From: Octopus sinensis
Lineage: Eukaryota
Direction of reading: 5' to 3'
Assembly: GCF_006345805.1 (NCBI RefSeq)
Contig: NC_043000.1
Coordinates: forward strand, 76,446,001-76,510,000
Length of the DNA stretch: 64,000 bases
Program-made: the position numbers and the translations under genes
The notes under the pieces: generated by a model
The model's database searches: none
What the model saw: the letters and a program-made list of their open reading frames with translations, nothing else
What the model was told of the DNA's origin: nothing
Shown here: positions 61,201 through 64,000 of the stretch, piece by piece
Layout: each line of letters starts with the position of its first letter
Position numbering within the stretch: position 1 is the first letter of the stretch

Positions 61201-63156
61201 TTGTTACCACCTGTCTGTGCGACGGCTACAGTTCTATCTCAAAATATCGTTATGGCTTTAGATTTGGTTGCGGTTTTATGGTTTTCGCAGTTTTCTCGAA
61301 GGAAGGATTTACTGGTTTGTTGACCCCTTTTTTTTGGTGGTGTTGTGGTGATTTTAGTAACTTGAGGGACATATATACATACTTGCATGTATACATCCAG
61401 GCATGTATGTATGTATGTATGTATGTATGTATGTATGTATGTATGTATGTATGTATGTATGTATGTATGTATGTATGTATGTATGTATGTATGTATATAT
61501 GTATGTATTTACGTTTGTATGTTTGTATGTACGTATGTATGTATGCATGCATGTAAGTATGTGTGCATATGTATGCATGCATAAATATAATGTACATATA
61601 TATGAATATATATGTGTGTGTATGCAAGTACATGTATGTATCAGATAAAAAAAGAAATTAGGGTATGTCATTGCGCGCGCGCGTTTGGTTAAACACACAC
61701 ACACACACACATACTAATACATACATACTATCCACACCAACATAAACACCTCCCCTCGTCTCTTTCCCCAATCAAACGATTATTTAACTTTGTTAGAAAC
61801 GCTAAAGTCAACTCTGATATAACATCGGTGAGGTGTTCACGTCGAAACACGTCATTACTGGATCAAACCTACTCTACAACTCACTTGCCGGTCGGTGGTG
61901 GTGGTGATGAGGAAAGCTAACATAGTAATGGTGAGAGCGGCGGGGAAATGGAGGAGGGACGGAGCGAGGGAGTAAAAGAGTAGGGTAAGGGTATAGAAAG
62001 CATGTGAATGTGTAAGAAATTATACTACCACCATCTTCACTACTACCCGCCCCCACCACTACCATCACCACCACTACCACTAACTTCACCATTACTACCA
62101 CTACCATCACCATCTCCACCATCATCACCGCAAGCACCACTATCACAATTGCCCCAACTCCACCATCAGCAGGATCCCCCACCACAACCATCACCATCAC
62201 CACCACACTCCTACCACCTCATGAAGGTGTTATTTCCAGTTATTAGTAAATCATATATCTCCCAACTCTTTCCCCTATTCCTATTAATCTTCGGCTAAAA
62301 TGTTATCAAGACAAACATTTTTATTTTTATTTTGTTTGCAAATGTTTCGCATTTCTCAACACTAATCCTTTTCATATTATTTACATAGAGTCTTTCAAAT
62401 TTGATTCAATGCCAGACGACAGGGTGACTCAAATCCTTGGCTTTTCTAGCAACAACTTGGCTTGGCTGGAGAACCAACAGTCTATCTGAGTAAATTTTGT
62501 ATTCTACGTCTTGAGTTTAAATACTGTGGAAATCAATATATTGAAAAGTATATAATTTAGATGTTTTTCATATAGTTAGGACGAAAGGAATAGAAAAGCT
62601 TGGAGACTAGGGGTACAGACGGTGGATACATGTGCCTCGTGAGGTTTGTCATGTTGGCGGGTGGAGATCATATTAGTAGCAAAGTTGCACTTCAAGGAAT
62701 TTAGCCAGCACTTTGTATAAGGGAGTGTGCAGCCAGTAGGATGCACAGAAACTCCCTTTCTTTTTTAACGTGTACAAACATTAATCAACACACAATCATA
62801 TGCACGTAAACGTTAACATACACATACATACACATTTATACAAACGAACAAACACAGCTTGGTGATGTTAATGACTGAATCATTCAACTGAGACTGAATT
62901 GTGAAGTGTTTGCTTGACTCACAGATTCACTTTTGTTAGGTACAAGCCAATTAAGGCACATCTATGTAGTCACTACACCTGTTAGATATAGCAACCAAAT
63001 CTCCATTAGATTACACCCTACCATCTTACAAAGAGAAGGACACATTACAAACATATTTCCATATTACTCGATGGGAATGTCACGGCTGCAATACCTTTGA
63101 TTATAGGTTTCTCTATCAAGGCTAAACACCATTACAAGCTAAAGAACTACTACTAC

Positions 63157-63158
<2 letters not shown>

Positions 63159-63188
<30 letters not shown>

Positions 63189-63250
63189 CTTCTTCTTCTT
63201 CTTCTTCTTCTTCTTCTTCTTCTTCTTCTTCTTCTTCTTCTTCTTCTTCT
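63159..63250 (+). repeat. (TTC)n microsatellite
   Basis: Directly visible. Confidence 0.95.
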
Positions 63251-63678
63251 CACAACAGATTAAATTGTTGGAAAAGAAAAATTCCTAACATCGGGCTACA
63301 ACAAGTAACCTTAGATGCCGAGAACCCTCCTACGTATCCTATCCGTCCCTATTAACACTGTTTTATGGAACTGTACTAAACTAGGTTTTACACCTATTTC
63401 TTTTACCCATCTGTTCAAATCTTGAGGGATAGCTCCTAATGCACTTATAACTACTGGGATATATTCTACCCACACTTTTCATGGTATCTGTAATTCAATG
63501 GCTAGGTCCTGCTACTTTGCTATTTCCTCTATACCTCTCATTGATTTTCTTATCATTTGGGACTGTAAAGTCAATTGTCTGGTACTTTCTATTCTCTATA
63601 TCTACTACTACTAAATCAGGCTTCTAGCTTCTATTACTCTGTCAGTCTGAATGTTAAAGTTCCACAATGAATGTTAAA

Positions 63679-63723
<45 letters not shown>

Positions 63724-64000
63724 TACTTCTAATCTGCATGTTTGTTACAGTCACTTGCCGAGACACACACAGAGTCCTAGGGCGAGTGAAGGATAAGCGA
63801 TGTCACAGGATGAATGAAAGCTTGAGGAGGGGAAGTGGCAGGGATAGTAGCGAAATATCTTCATGTAATACAACACAGACATTTAAATCGATAAGATTTT
63901 TCTAAGGATGTTGGCAGTACTTGTTAGCACAATCTTTTGAATTTGTCTGAGACATGTTTTTCCTGGGATGTTGTCCAAATGTTTCTGACTACCCGTCTGA

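Noticed and set aside
56900-64000. Host gene exons or 3' UTR
   Set aside because: No ORF with a recognisable domain and no consistent splice structure. Small exons cannot be excluded without RNA-seq.

Overview
AT-rich, repeat-saturated eukaryotic DNA with no supportable host protein-coding gene. The microsatellite and SINE content resembles an octopus-like cephalopod genome (inference). Positions 1-29 kb are a nest of non-LTR retrotransposons built on (TAA)n/(ATT)n tracts: four L1/Tx1-like copies and several R4/Dong-like (RT + restriction-like endonuclease) copies, one of them split by a Helitron. Positions 31-52 kb are a nest of Penelope-like elements (PLEs) mostly at (TA)n tracts, plus Merlin and piggyBac-like non-autonomous transposons and SINEs. 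The main finding is a ~3.95 kb array (36012-39961) of a ~486-bp unit, each unit carrying a complete type I hammerhead ribozyme fold (8-bp helix I, CUGAUGA, long helix II, GAAA, self-complementary helix III, GUA site). Four copies lie on each strand, joined head-to-head, so this looks like a non-autonomous retrozyme-type element. Next to it is an RT-less PLE with a 406-aa GIY-YIG ORF between inverted, hammerhead-bearing terminal repeats. All folds were paired by eye; no database search or folding program was run.
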